A DNA stretch of 63,708 nt, filler included, from Sphacelaria rigidula (Eukaryota): the NCBI GenBank assembly GCA_964200075.2. It is 6 parts of 6 records of this genome, joined end to end, with 100 filler letters (N's around TTAATTAATTAA, not from the genome) between each part and the next. Parts side by side here need not be neighbours in the genome. Positions count along the whole stretch, not along the records: positions 10,637 to 21,172 come from CAXNAA020006322.1; positions 21,273 to 31,807 come from CAXNAA020006323.1; 4 more parts are not named here. One strand, written 5' to 3'. This document shows positions 11,956 through 25,074 of this stretch, in pieces (positions within the stretch are counted from its first letter, which is position 1; each line of letters starts with the position of its first letter). The position numbers and the translations under genes are program-made. The notes beneath the pieces were generated by a model. That model made no database searches and was not told the DNA's origin. It saw only the letters and a list, made by a program, of their open reading frames with translations.

Positions 11956-13735
11956 CTCTGAAAATTGCACAGGTGTACTTCACGTCATTACGACTTTCTG
12001 ACGACGAGGTTCTCCGATTTGCCTGTTATCGGTGGTCCCAAAACGTCACGCGATCGTCCACATCACCCCAAACCCTAGGACCTTCGGAAACCGGCGAAAT
12101 GAAGGAAATCGAACACACCCCATACACGGAAAGCTACGTGGTGACTCAAAGTACAGATGTACGACTTTCAGAATCCAACTCTAGACCCTGCGGGAAGGTT
12201 CCGAACGTCGGACGAGTCATAACTCGTCGAAACGAGTACACCCGTTGATGTTTTTGAAAACCCAACGAGCAATGACCCGAGTGCTCGCCATATTATTTTC
12301 CCTAGAACGAGTGCGGCTCGGATAATCGCCCTATTGATTTTTCCACAACGAGCAATGACTCGAGTGTTCGCCCTATTATTTTTCCCACAGCGGGCAATGA
12401 CTCGAGTGCTCGTCCTTTGAATTTTTCCATAACGAGCAGTGACTCGCGTGCTCGAGGACCTCCACAAACGGTCAACGGGCAGCCCGACGAATGCGAGTGC
12501 CACGAGCCATATCCGTGCTTGTCCGACGTGTGGAAGGTTTGCGGATGAGTGCGGTTGGGGTGGTCGCCGTGAACCAAATCGTATCTAGAAACGGTTTGTT
12601 TGGCCACAACGGGTGAGCGTCAACGACTGTATAACTGTGTGGTCTTGTGGCCTATACCCTCAAGAGCGAGACGACGAACAGTGTTCTTTTTTAGGTCGAC
12701 ATGATTCATGGCACCAACCGGCACTTTTCAAAAACATTGCGGCTTGACGATACTGATCCGAATCAAGGATGGTCGTTGTGGCACGAGGGGCAGTGTTCCG
12801 AGCCCATGAGATCCACACAAGGTCGAACGCATTCGGCCGTATTCTATGCCATCTCTTCTTAGACTCTGAAGATTACACAGATGTAGTTTACGTCATTACG
12901 ACTTTCTGACGACGAGGTTCTCCGATTTTCCTATTTGCCCATTATCGGGGTCCCAGAACGTCACGCGATCGCCCCACATCCCCCGTAACCCTAGGACCCC
13001 CGGAAACCGGCGAAATGAAAGAAATAGAAAATCCCCGTCGACGGTAAGTTACGTGGTGACTAAAAGTACACATGTACGATTTTTCAGAATCCAACTCTAG
13101 ACCCTGCGGGAACGTTTCACACATCGGACGAGTCATTACTCGTCGAAATGAGTGCCCTCGTTGATGTTTTTGAAAACACAATGAGCACGACTCGAGTGCT
13201 CGCCTTATTAATTTCGTCCACAACGAGAAATTACTCGAGTGCTCGCCCTATTAGTTTGTTCACAACGATAATTGACTCGAGTGCTCGGCCTATTCATTTT
13301 CCCACAACGAGCAATGACTCGAGTGCTCGAGGGTCTCCGAAAACGGCCAACGAGAAGCCCAACAGTTGCGAGTGCCACGAGTCATACTCGTGCTTGTCCC
13401 ACGTGTGGAAGGTTTGCGGATGAGTGTAGGTGGGGCGTTCCGCGTGAACCACATTGTATATACAAACGGTTTGTTTGGCCGAAACGGGTGAACGTCAATG
13501 ACTGTACAACTGTGTGATCTTGTGGCCTATACCCTCAAGAGCGAGACTACGGAGGGTCTTTCTTTTAGGTCTACATGATTCATGGCACCAACCGATGCGT
13601 TCAAAAACCATTGCGGCTCGAGGATATTGATCCGAAACAGGGACTGTTGTTGTGACGCGCGGGGCAGTGTTCCGAGCGTATGAGATCCATACAAGGTCGA
13701 ACGCGCTCGGTCGTATTTTTTGCCATCTCTTTTCT
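11956..13735. repeat. Tandem pair of ~0.9-kb units, each with an internal ~42-bp minisatellite
   Basis: Units start CTCTGAA.ATT.CACAG at ~11956 and ~12864 and end GCCATCTCTT. Each has 4-5 copies of AACGAGCAATGACTCGAGTGCTCGCCCTATTATTTTTCCCAC. Confidence 0.85.
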
Positions 13736-13896
13736 CTAAACAAGAAGGCGGAAATCGATTTACTTGTGAGACAGTCTATCGTTGTTCATTCGAGTGGAGT
13801 GACGAGCCACCATGAATACATAAGCCATATCAAAAGAATGGTTTCCTCAACGGCTTTCCAAAGCAGAGGTGACCACCTGTGGTTTCTCCTATTCAC

Positions 13897-14192
13897 GCTT
13901 TTGGGACCGGGCCTCCAGAACGACCAATATGGCTGGTTAGGAATGACGCGTCTGGCGTCTGCACGAATTAGGGCCCCAATGTTGCTGAAAACCCACGTAT
14001 GTAACCGCAGGGTTATGACGAAGACCGGAAGTTTCATCCAATCTATTTTCAGGTGCAAATACAAACTGTAATTCGGGTGGGATGCGCATGAGGTAATGTC
14101 CATCTGATGCAACAAGCAGTATGGGTCGCCGTAGAGAGCTTACAACAAGACACCGCCACCGGTGGGCCGGCCACCACTTGTGGCTTTGAATG
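13897..14192 (+). mobile_element. Dispersed repeat with a degenerate piggyBac-like (TTAA-CCC) end
   Basis: Matches the reverse complement of 42542-43162 once the MITE inserted there is removed. That copy ends GTCCCAAAAGGG-TTAA. Confidence 0.6.
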
Positions 14193-17100
14193 ACATTGTT
14201 GTCCCCGTCACCTACCTTGCCACACAGTCCATTGTGGTCGGGGTGGGCCGCGATTCCCCTCTTCGTTGCAAGCGGCATATATTCCCCGAAGGATGTGGGC
14301 GTTGCGGAGCACATACATGCAGTAGAGTACTCGTATAGTGCAGTACGCCTTTCGAACGGCAGCAGCAGCCGCCGCTGCATACTCCCTTGCACGTTCTGGG
14401 CAGTTCTCAGCTACCGAAATCAGCCGCCTATATACCGCTCCTGTGTCCATATCTACTTTATACATTTTTACTGTGTTCTGCAAGGCATCGGTAGAGGGAT
14501 AGGCGCAATGCCTGTGAGTAGAGCTGCATACCTGCCACGTGCTCTCATTCGTCATCCCACACGGTCTATAGAACCGAAGAACATTGCATTTCGGCTGTGC
14601 GTGGTCATCACCCATTAAGCCGGTTCCTCCTACACGACGGGAATTTCTGCTGTGGAGACGGCACAACGCCCCTAGCACGTATGCTGGACGATGAAATCGT
14701 GGGCTAACGGACGTGGGAAGCGTGTGCTAGGATGTACAAACGAAATTGTGAATCCTGTTCCTCGCTAACGTCTCTAAAGCGCTGCAGCGCACGCGGTGTA
14801 TGGAGTCCGAAACCCGCAGTGGGATTCCGCTGACCCACAGCAAGCCTGGCCGCGAAAAGGTTCCGAATTTGGCAACGAAGTTTCAATGCACACCGAGTTT
14901 GGGGCGAGGGTCATTGCCACGTAACTTTCTGTTGCTCACTCTTTTATGACGAAAGCTTACGCGCGGAAGCAAATATTGCCCAGAAAAGTGTTTTCTGCCG
15001 CCGTATCTCTCACTCGTTAAATCTACATACTTCATTGTTCAAAGCTTAGGACAGCGGGTTCGACGCACTGCAAAGTTATCAAATACGCGTACTATGAGTA
15101 GTATAGCGAAGCAAAAAACTGCTGTGGTGCTTTCGTATCTCTCTCGTATTTTGCACTCCCAACTCCTTTGTCCTAGGTCGGTTTTCGGCGTTCTTCTCGA
15201 AGGGGTGGGTGCCGTCGTCGGTGTGGCTACTTCCGCTATTCCATTTCCACCGATCGTTGTAACAAAAGAGTTGTGATTGTGAACTGAACTCTGGTGTGCG
15301 GTAAGCCGTGTAGTTTGATAATGGGTAGGGTTGTTTTGTCCTTCCTTATGTCCAGTTCACCCCAAATACTCGGGCGGTGCTTGTTGGAAAGATGGCACCA
15401 CAGTGGAGCCGTCAGTCGCACCGTTCTTGCTTTGCGGAAGGCGTCGATTTCTGAGTCCCTCCCTGCACCTCCGCGATGACTACCGAAGCTGGGATTGTTC
15501 AAATAGTCGTCTGACTTACAAGGTGTACATGAATGCATGCAGCACCCTTGCAAGTACGGTTTGCTGAGGACTGCATTTATAGTTGCAGGTGCATTCATCG
15601 TGTTGGCCCCGTAACATAAGGCACTGCAGTCTCGGAGAACGACATGCTGTGCTTCGAGCTGAACCAAGTGGCTACGACACCACCCCATGCCGCACCGCAC
15701 ACTCTGTGCCGCAGTGATACCGCCAAAATCAAGTACTGTACTGTACCGTACAGTGCAATCCTTCTCCAAACACCGTACTCGAGGACAACCCTGCAACACT
15801 CTGAAATCGAACCAGTATTTCAAGCCCTAGGTTTGAAAGTGTATGGTTGAGCCGTGAGATGAACCGACTTGGAAACCTGTTAGACATTAATAACTATGCC
15901 ATGAGTACTGGGTCACCACTCTCAGGCTATGTGGGTTCATATTTCTTAAATGGGGTTTGCAACGCCGCCCCGTTCTCCTGGCTCGAGCGCACCGCAAACC
16001 ACGCTGCCTGTGCGTTTTTGCAAACAGCCGCTATCGGAGTGACACGAGTACAAACCGCACCTTCCGTGTCGAATTGGTTCAAGACCGTGCCCACCCAGCG
16101 GCGCTGCTTTCCCACCCCAAACACGACAACAACACCCCATAGATACCTCAAATATGTCTGACGCAAAAGGATCGCCCGAAACACCATAGCCAGTCCGGTT
16201 GGGGTGGCAATTCATGTAGACCTTCAACTAATGGTTTTCCTTGAACATCCGACCCCAATATTCGAGCCTGCTGATGATCATCGGGAGGCAACAACTGCAC
16301 TATATGAACCTGGTCAAGTAGGGAGGATCCGATATAATCCTTCACTTGTTGCAGAGCATACACCGCTGAGTAAGCACGCAAGGCATGTGCACGACAAACA
16401 CGGGTTTACTAGTGCACAATCTTTCCCCTCTCGTGACTAGCATATTCCACCTGTGTTGCACTCCACATCGAAACGAAAGGCAAGGCTACAAGATGTTGCT
16501 AGAAGTCTAGCCAATCGAACTACTCCGCTCCTGTAGGAGGCCCGCAATGATCCACTGTTAGGACAAATCAAGATTTATACGAGTTGACTCCTCATGACAT
16601 GACAGGAGTCAACCTGCATTCAAGTGTTGGTCCCGCATGCACCCGACAGTGAATGACATATGCAGTACAGTCATCTCAACCGCATGCAGATTGGGAGAAA
16701 CGTACGACCGACGCAAGGCCCATGTCATGACAGGATTCAACCATGTCCCGACTCTTCGTCCCGCACGGAGACATACGCATGACATGGATGTAGATGCCAT
16801 TCACGCCTCGTGGTGAGTGTGGGTGGCATGTACAACCGATCCAGTTCGCATTTTTCTACAGGGGATCAACATGTGTTTATGACCTACCCCCTATGACCTG
16901 AACGGTAGGAAACAGATGCCGTTGACGGTGTACTGCACGACACAATAGCTCAAAATCTGTATGAATTACAAATGATGTATCAAATGATGTGCTCAAAATC
17001 TGTATGAATTACAAATGATGTATGGCCCGTATGATTTATTCGTCGCAATGATGAACATGGGTTCACTCATAATTTTATTTGTCCTAAGCGTGCAATAATC

Positions 17101-17808
17101 ATAGCTTCTGCACGGTATGAGCTTGGGGTACGCACGTTACAGCCCCTTCCTGTGAAAGATGACAGCGATTGGGTGTCGGCAATGCCACCCCGCACGCCTG
17201 CAAGGTTTGCAAATAGCCATGGAAGCAGAACACCTGAGCTGTAGGCAAGTAAACAATATACCTCGATCTGAGGGGTTTTCTATGACGGAAGATCTCGTGT
17301 CACCACAGAGATTACACGTGCATCACATGCAGGAGATCGAAGTCAACTTTACAGTTCATATATGTTCTAAACGTGCTGGTGGAGGTTGTGTTGAATCATC
17401 GAGCATCCAGTCATCACCCTACAGTGCAGTATCTCCATCAACAAGTCGTTATCACACGATTATAATACGCCTTCAGTTGCGTGTCTGTTGCCAAATCAGC
17501 GATGCGAAGAGAAATAAACAGCGACCGGCAGGCAAGCGAAGCTACTCTTGCAAGTAGTTAAAGGGGCGTTAGGAGCTCGTCAATGCCTCCGTCTCCGCAA
17601 GCCATCAGTCACCAACATTCCATAGTGCTTGTCAAAAGCATTTTAGTGTGCATAAGTAGGCTAGTATGATAGCGCTGGCCTAGCTATTGAAATCAGCAGC
17701 AGTGCACGTGACGGGATGATGAGGGAAAGTGGGTCGATCCCCCAAAGATCTAGACAGGACGGTGCGTACAGACAGACGTGCATACATGTACCGTACTCTA
17801 GATCTTGC

Positions 17809-17885
17809 CGGTCGCCCCGGTGGCTCAGTTGGTAACCTCGCAACCTTCTGACGTTTGGGTCGTGGATTCGAATCTCGATGGAGTC
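17809..17885 (+). mobile_element. tRNA-derived SINE head, family 1
   Basis: GGTCGCCCCGG-TGGCTCAGTTGG (A box) and GATTCGAATCTC (B box). Copies at 21103 and 57780-57853. Confidence 0.75.
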
Positions 17886-17969
17886 ACGCGATTCAAGAGC
17901 GGAAGATCCAGGATACTGTTCCGGAATCGTTAGTAAAAGACGCCGCGCGTTAGCTGATGCGAAACGGTA

Positions 17970-18572
17970 CGAGCTCGGCCAGCAGCAGATTCCACATTTG
18001 CATGTCACATCATAACTTATCAACTTTACCAACTCAGCCCGACTTGAGTATATCGGTGTGAGCTCCAGACCAACCTGGTAACGCACGGCACCGCCGCTGA
18101 ATGGAAAAAATGAAGAAAAAAAATGTACTGTATAATGTATGAACTTACCGACGGAACAAAGAAGTAGGAATCGGTCGAGATTCGCACTCGTGACCTCCAT
18201 AACTGGAGTCTCGTGTAACACTCGAATTAAATGTGCGCAGCGGTGCCACACGAAAAGTTGGATGCTGCGCCAAATTTCTGGAATTTTTACCGGAATTGCC
18301 TCAGGATCTCCTCCACACAAGGACGCACAACTACAATAGAGATGCCCTTGTATTTCTTCATTTTCACGGAGTTGCAACATTTTTCGAGTTTTTGCAGAAA
18401 CTTCAAATCGCTCTAACTTTCTGTTTTTTTCTTGATTTTCCTCAGCATTCCCGGAAAGGTTGTGCGTAATGATGATAAAAATGCTGTGTCAAAATTCCAG
18501 CGCCCACCGCTTCGGAATATCCGCCGCCCGGCCCGGATACATTTGCATGTCACTATCGGCTGGCCCAGCTCG
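17970..18572. mobile_element. Tc1/mariner-type MITE, family A (603 bp)
   Basis: TIR CGAGCT(C/G)GGCCAGC with TA on both sides. A homologous copy lies at 61265-61856. Confidence 0.85.
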
Positions 18573-18775
18573 TACTGTTCAGATTTACCCCGGGAATGTT
18601 CTTGCAGGCATCTCTCAATTTTTTCTCAAATTGACAAGGATGAAATGCAGAGATATCTTCTGGTGCGGAGTGATGCTACTGTAGGGGTACAGAAATAATT
18701 TCTGCGATTAGAATTGTCAGGAGCCCCTTATCTCATCCAAAATAAGGTACACAACATAATTCAGTGACTTCATTA

Positions 18776-19733
18776 CGAGCTAGGCCAGCCTTAAAACGGA
18801 TTGAAGCTCTAAAATAAATATCTCATCGACGCAGACGAGTTGGGCCGTGATCCGCATATCGAATTAATCGTCCATCAAGGGGAAGGTGCCCATCTGCTCA
18901 AAATTTTGGGCCCATATTTTCGCGTTGATTAATCCCCATGTCTAGTAATTCCTATACCTGAGGGGGATAGCGCCAATACCTTGCCAATACTAGAACCTCT
19001 ATGAAACTCCCGATCGATGCACTCAGCGGATGGCGACGAAGTTTGGTGTGGAGAACCACAAAAGAGTGCCGAATGAAAAAAAAAATGGGCCTTCATTTTT
19101 TATTCTTATAGAGAGGTTGGGGCGTTTTCGTGAAAAAATGTTCTTCACCATAGTAGAACGCCCCAAACTAGTGAAAAAAAAATCGAAAAAAAACTGACCC
19201 GCTCTCTTTTGTTGAATATGCCTTAGAGAGCGCCCATACCAAATTTCAACACGCGAAAACCAAACGTGGGCCGGTGAGTGGTCTGCGAAATACTGTTCCG
19301 AATTTTTACCGACCCGGTTTTTGATAGGCCCATGCTCTTTTGTACATTTAGAGTTGGACCCTGAAATTCGGTATGGACAGTGCGTAGGGCATGAAAAGAA
19401 CTATTACTTCGGTACCATTTTTTTTTTTTCATGAGTCAAGCCTTGGACTGCGAGATTAGTCTTCCTGAATCATGCATACTTTTTCCCACTCGAAATTGAT
19501 GCCGATTCAACAGAAGACTAACCTCGCGGTCTAAGGGTTAAGGGCAATAATCGATTTTCAGGTATCAGTAAAGTGCCCTTAACTCATGAAAAAAAAAGAA
19601 GCTTTTGGTACCGAAGTAATTGTGTTTTCATGACCTGTGCATTGTCCATACCAAGTTTCAGGGCCCAACTCTGACTGTATAAAAGAGAATCGGCCTGCAA
19701 ACTTCAAATCCGCCTCTAGGCTGGCCCAGCTCG
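18776..19733. mobile_element. Tc1/mariner-type MITE, family B (958 bp) with an internal fold-back
   Basis: TIR CGAGCT(A/G)GGCCAGCCT and a TA TSD. Inverted arms of ~115 bp at ~19325-19435 and ~19582-19696. A partial copy lies at 52703-53075. Confidence 0.85.
19440..19537. mobile_element. 98-bp hairpin mini-element with a TTAA target (piggyBac-type)
   Basis: Arms CCTTGGACTGCGAGATTAGTCTTC and GAAGACTAACCTCGCGGTCTAAGGG, flanked by TCAA and TTAA. The paralogous MITE near 52890 has the empty TTAA site. Confidence 0.8.
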
Positions 19734-21102
19734 TAGTGGTCCGATTTCTGTCCAGGTGCAGCACTTGCAAACTAAGAACTAGGCAGACATATCGTTCATT
19801 TGGGGAACAACGGACCAGTTGAACAACAAGGTCTCTCTTCTCGGCTTGTGTTGCATGACGCGGGAACCATTACTGTATCATGACAGACGGCACTATAGCC
19901 CACAGACAGTAGTGTTGACACTACGATGTAGTGATTCTGCGGAAGTACAGGTAGACACAAAACAGGACGGTGGATAACACCCTTTTCCCTTCGGAGACGA
20001 GTTCTCCAGTCTCGGTTTTCTCGTGGAACAGAGCCTCGACGAGTTTTACTAGGTGGAGTATCGAACGAGATCGATATCATGCCTCCGATGGTTCATTCTT
20101 CTATGACGTACATGTCGCACGATTCAAGACAGCAATAAGTCAGCAAATGATCCCGTGGGGGTATTATCCCCGAAACGCGTCCGATGACAACGCCAGGGAG
20201 AAGCGGCGAAGCTTAAATGGATCTCACCTTCGTAGAGAGTACACCTGAGAAGGAAACGATAATTTTACGTCCTCGCGATTGGATTGACAGTCTGATGACG
20301 CTTTCCTGTCTTACAGCCTTCGACCAACAATCTGCGGGCGGTATTTCCGTCCCCTCGAGCAGGGTAGCAGAAGCTGCCCCCAAGATTAGAACCAGTTCTA
20401 CAGCACAATTGAGCAGAACCGCTGGTCCAACCTTGATCCAACCAACATATTGATCGCTTCTCACTTTCGATCAGTCGTATCCAAGACTCTCAATCCCAGC
20501 AAACCATTGTTTAGCCTGGACCTTTGAGGGACGATTCCGCTGCTTCAAGGCATCAAGACATCTCTTCTGATAGATATACCTGGCATGTTGGTATCACGGA
20601 TTGAGTCAGCACTCCTGCTGCGCGTCGACGTTCGTCAACCTCTCGTGTTCACCTGTGTCCTCGAAGCTTTTGACGACGAGACTCGGATAATACGTGAAAT
20701 ACTCAGAAGAACGGTGTTCGAATTCAAACCCTGACAGGTGGACACTTTACTCTCGCCGCAGGGTACATGACGCTGACCTTCGCAACCGTGCGTATCGTCG
20801 CGGGTGTCAGACCTTCGCAAGATCTTGATTTTGTAAAGGTCGTACTTCATCTTGAGCATTCGAGATCCTCTAGAGGGGTGCTGTCAAAATCGAATCCTCT
20901 GGAGAGGCTGTCGAAAATTTCCCGTCCTGCTCAACTGATTTGATAGGTAGGCAAGACATGTTTTCAACGATCTCTGCAGTTCGGGTGTCATACGCTGGCA
21001 ACAGTACAGTATGTTGGATTTGAACAGCAAGGGCTGCTTGCAATCGTTCAAGGGTCGGATAAATAATGATTCGTCTGGAAATTACTTGGTTTTAGTATGA
21101 GC

Positions 21103-21172
21103 CGGTCGCCCCGGTGGCTCAGTTGGTAACCTCGTAACCTTCTGATGGTTGTGTTGGGGGGTTCGATTCCCG
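21103..21172 (+). mobile_element. tRNA-derived SINE head, family 1 (cut by the contig end)
   Basis: A box TGGCTCAGTTGG and B box GGTTCGATTCC. Confidence 0.75.
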
Positions 21173-21272
21173 NNNNNNNNNNNNNNNNNNNNNNNNNNNN
21201 NNNNNNNNNNNNNNNNTTAATTAATTAANNNNNNNNNNNNNNNNNNNNNNNNNNNNNNNNNNNNNNNNNNNN
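21173..21272. other. Artificial contig linker
   Basis: N-run with TTAATTAATTAA. Confidence 0.97.
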
Positions 21273-21806
21273 AGTGAGATACGGACAGCATGGGCCATGG
21301 TGGAAAGAAGTAAGGAGGACAGACTTAGTGATCGGGAGGGGGGGGGGGCAACGGTCAGCACATGATAAGATGAAGAAACAAGAAAATTCCTACTCGCCGC
21401 GGAGAGAAACCAATACTCCAACATGAGGGTGACGATAAAAAGGTACAGTTTGATTACGTTGTACAATCGGGTATGAACCGGTGTCCACAAGAACTACATG
21501 TTTATTTTGTTCACCCTGTTCTCTCGTCCCCCGCTCATCTTTCCTCTTCTCGGGTGTCTTTTTCGCCAGTGGCGACATTTTGTTCCCTTAGGTGTGTTCA
21601 TGTTTCACCACGGGTACATTCCTATCCATGTATGTGGCAGACGGATCACTTCATATCCACGTGCAGTGCGACCATCAATCAAGCGACCAATCATGGATTG
21701 TGCCGCAGTGCTATCCAGTAAGGTAGTACAGGGCACAATGTACATGAAGTCCATCACGGTGCCCCTCAGGACGTCCAGGCCGAACACCGTACGACTCGCA
21801 GTTCGA

Positions 21807-22571
21807 TTATGCGTTCCATGATGTGCCCATACGTCCTGCAGGATTAAACGCAACCTAGAATGACTCTATGTTGCTTTTTTCCACTTTACTTGTTCTGTTT
21901 AGTACTGTTCCGTAGGTTCAAAACCGTGCTGGATTACAGTTGACAACGCACCCATGGGCCATGGAGATGGTGGATGTGTTCTGTTGGCAGGCGCAAATGG
22001 CTTCAAATATGTGAGAAAAAAAAATGTCAAGCATTTTTGACAGCAAGATTATTGAGTGTAGACGCATTCCAGTACTGGGGGTTACGGGAAGGCAAGCGCT
22101 TGAAAAATAAAAGCAGATCATACCTTGTAAAGAACCTTGGTCAATCCAGTTACGACCAGCTTGCACATGTTGAGCCCTCCCTTGAAATACCGGCTGAGGC
22201 TATACTGCAAGAGTTTGGCAAATCGCGCAAATCGCTCCTCACTCCATCTGGCAGCTCTATTCCGAAACTCCAACTTTGAAGCAATCACATCCAGGTAGTT
22301 GTCGGGGTACCTTTGTGAACACATGCGCACAAAGTGAAGCATGGATGTGTCACATATTTTTTGCCCGTGCTGAGGTTTCTTCTCATGCATCAACACACAT
22401 GTCACTGAGAAAAAAACGGACTCTGAGGGGGGGGGGGGGGGGGGGGGGTGGGAAAAAAATGGTTTTCTGGGGAAAAAAGCCACAAAAACCCCCCCCTCTC
22501 GGGGTTCTCGAAACACATCANNNNNNNNNNACATATCTCTCTAAAGACCGAAAAAACAAAAGAACGAGGGA

Positions 22572-22609
<38 letters not shown>

Positions 22610-25074
22610 AGTTGTACAAAATTGTGTTACTGGTGAAACAAGCCACAAAGACTGCCTCTGCTCGGAATTCTCGAAGCACATCAAGTTGGGATATGTGCTA
22701 AACATGTGCCTTGAAAACACCCATGTCTTGGGAAAATGGGGGAAAACACAACACTTAACTCAAGTATTTTCAGGTCATATCCCCGAACGATGTGCCTCGA
22801 GAACTACGAGCACGAGTAGTATTTGTGGAGCGTTTCACCCGTTGCGCATCTTGTTAACGTCACCCGTCCGTGTCTCGTGTGTTAAAAAACACGGAGACAC
22901 ACGTTCCTCGATTGAACAACAAACAAAATGCTCAAACACGAAGGTGTCCTACCGTTCTACAGCATACAGTAGTACCACATCATGCATGCTATCGAGGTGG
23001 ACTAAACGTAGCAAGATATACGCGTCACAGATGCTGCCCTATGCTGCCCCAACTCCTACGCCATACAGAAGCTGCTTTCCCAATAGGAGGACTGAGCAAC
23101 TAAGGACTGCACGCCACGGACCAGCGCGTGATCTGTAATATGTAATGTACAGGCACCGACGATAGATACGATGAAACATAACGCATAGGACACGTGCAGA
23201 ATGACGGGTGACAGCACGGTAGCCGAGGAAATGCCGAGTCGTACTGCCTGTGCCCCATTATGCTCTACTGCACCATCTACATCACGGCAAATATAGTGAC
23301 AGTACAGCGTAATCATGACGAACTGTGCACTGCACAACGCTGCACCGTACCGCAGAGAACTCACTCAACATGCACTCGCCTGCAACTATTACTTGTTACA
23401 ACAGACCATGCTAATCACGCAGTGCCCCCGTTTACTCAAAAGTTGCCGCACCGGAAAACTCTTCATCACAGGCTCTGCTGCTGGCAGCGACAAGTACCCA
23501 GCTGGCAAAAAAATCTCACAATAAAATTCGCCGGCCGATACAGTGACCCCGTGCTAGAGACGCAACTTGCAGCGTTAATGCACAATTCAGGTATGAACGT
23601 TCCCCGGTATTACTTTGTTTTATCTTCATGTACTGTACATACCAAGAAAAAAAATAACGTCTCGTGTATTTGAGGTTCAATATCGACTGTTGAAGATCCG
23701 ACTTTGAGGAGATGAACTGAGTCACACCCCAACTGCCCCCCCCCCGCCCCGTCAAATTCATACCGTACCAGACGATTACAATTATACAACGACCGTCGGG
23801 ACAAACACTCTCGCATGCCAGGTAAGAATAAACTACGACTATTAGCAATATTATACTAAGGTGTTGGTCACCCTGCGAAGATCCTGCCCTCATCACCCGT
23901 GATCGACAGCATAAAAGGTTCCAAGCGACTCAGCGCCTCCTCTCCAAAGTTGCTCTGCATCTGCGACATGTGAGGCATGGACAGAAACAGCAACATGTTC
24001 CCTCGGAATTGACGTATTTTGGGGGTACAATATTGCAATATTGCCAACGGTAAGTTACGGCATGATGCTGCACCAGGGATTCTGTGTACGGTACCGTAGC
24101 CAACAGTGAGAGAGTCACCACCACCGCGGAATTGTCGTATTTGTGTAGATGTGCTGTAATTATTATCGCGGTTCAAGTGTCGCGGTGGATATTCCGAGAA
24201 CGACCCAGAAATGCTCGAGTACCTGATTTGTACCACATGCACACTGGCTGGAGCAACGAAACTGTTGCGGGATTGTTCGCTACTAGGCTGTAAAAGAAAA
24301 AATACAGTCATTGCATTTTCAGTATCTGGGTATACTAAGCATGTAAAGGTCAGCTAAAAACACACTTGTCACGAATGTCGGCTAAGGGAACTTTCATTCT
24401 GGGTATACTAAGCATGTAAAGGTCGGCTAAAAACACACTTGTCACGAATGTCGGCTAAGGGAACTTTCATTCTGCACTTCACGCCCACTTGGTGAGGTGT
24501 GACAAACCAACTTGCTAGGTGTCCGTCCATTTGAACAGCCCTTCAACACCCCATTTTCCGTCACGACAAACGCACACATCGATTCTACGGAATACTCCGA
24601 CCCTACTTTCACAGCGTCCAAAGAGCTCAGATCTACCCCACAAATAAAAAAATCGACATCAGCTTCACGGACGGATCAAATCGAGACTTGACTTACCCAT
24701 TCCGCGATAATAGCGTACGGATTGTCTTGCTCACTAATTTTTTGAATGAGCAGCTGGGACTCCACCTGTATTCCGCAAAACCGTACACCAGTCATACAGT
24801 ATGACACACACGGGGAAAGCAGGGAAGGTAACGCAGATATGACACAAAATGCTGTGAAGGAAAGACAATACCACCGGGTAAACCTGTAAATGGTTGGATG
24901 AGCTTGGACATGTTAGGACATGTTGGGACATGTTTGGATTGCCAACAGCTACAGGCTCCACGCACATGAACATTATCGGAGCTCTGCGCTCCACCAACGC
25001 AATAATACGAAGTACTCGCCAGCACAAGTTGCTCAGGTGGTATGCCAACACAGACAGCCTGGGCGATAATGTGC
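21807..25074 (-). CDS. Hypothetical protein, last five exons of a multi-exon gene
   Basis: GT-AG exons 25074-24966, 24765-24697, 23960-23872, 22310-22124 and 21854-21807 splice in phase into ~166 aa: HIIAQAVCVGIPPEQLVLAS...VESQLLIQKISEQDNPYAIIAEWMQSNFGEEALSRLEPFMLSITGDEGRIFAGYPDNYLDVIASKLEFRNRAARWSEERFARFAKLLQYSLSRYFKGGLNMCKLVVTGLTKVLYKVAFNPAGRMGTSWNA*. Family not recognised. Confidence 0.6.
24325..24473. repeat. 73-bp tandem duplication in an intron
   Basis: TCTGGGTATACTAAGCATGTAAAGGTC...GGAACTTTCAT occurs twice, nearly identical. Confidence 0.9.

Noticed and set aside
12260-13330. CRISPR-like array of palindromic repeats
   Set aside because: The linkers are similar to each other rather than unique spacers, the units are degenerate, there are no cas genes, and the context is eukaryotic. 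It is a minisatellite.
17809-17885. tRNA gene (also 21103, 46180, 57780, 32712)
   Set aside because: A and B boxes are present but the acceptor and anticodon stems do not form a proper cloverleaf. Copies are diverged and attached to repeat bodies.
17661-18380. 239-aa ORF
   Set aside because: It runs across a SINE and a MITE and has no protein-like features.
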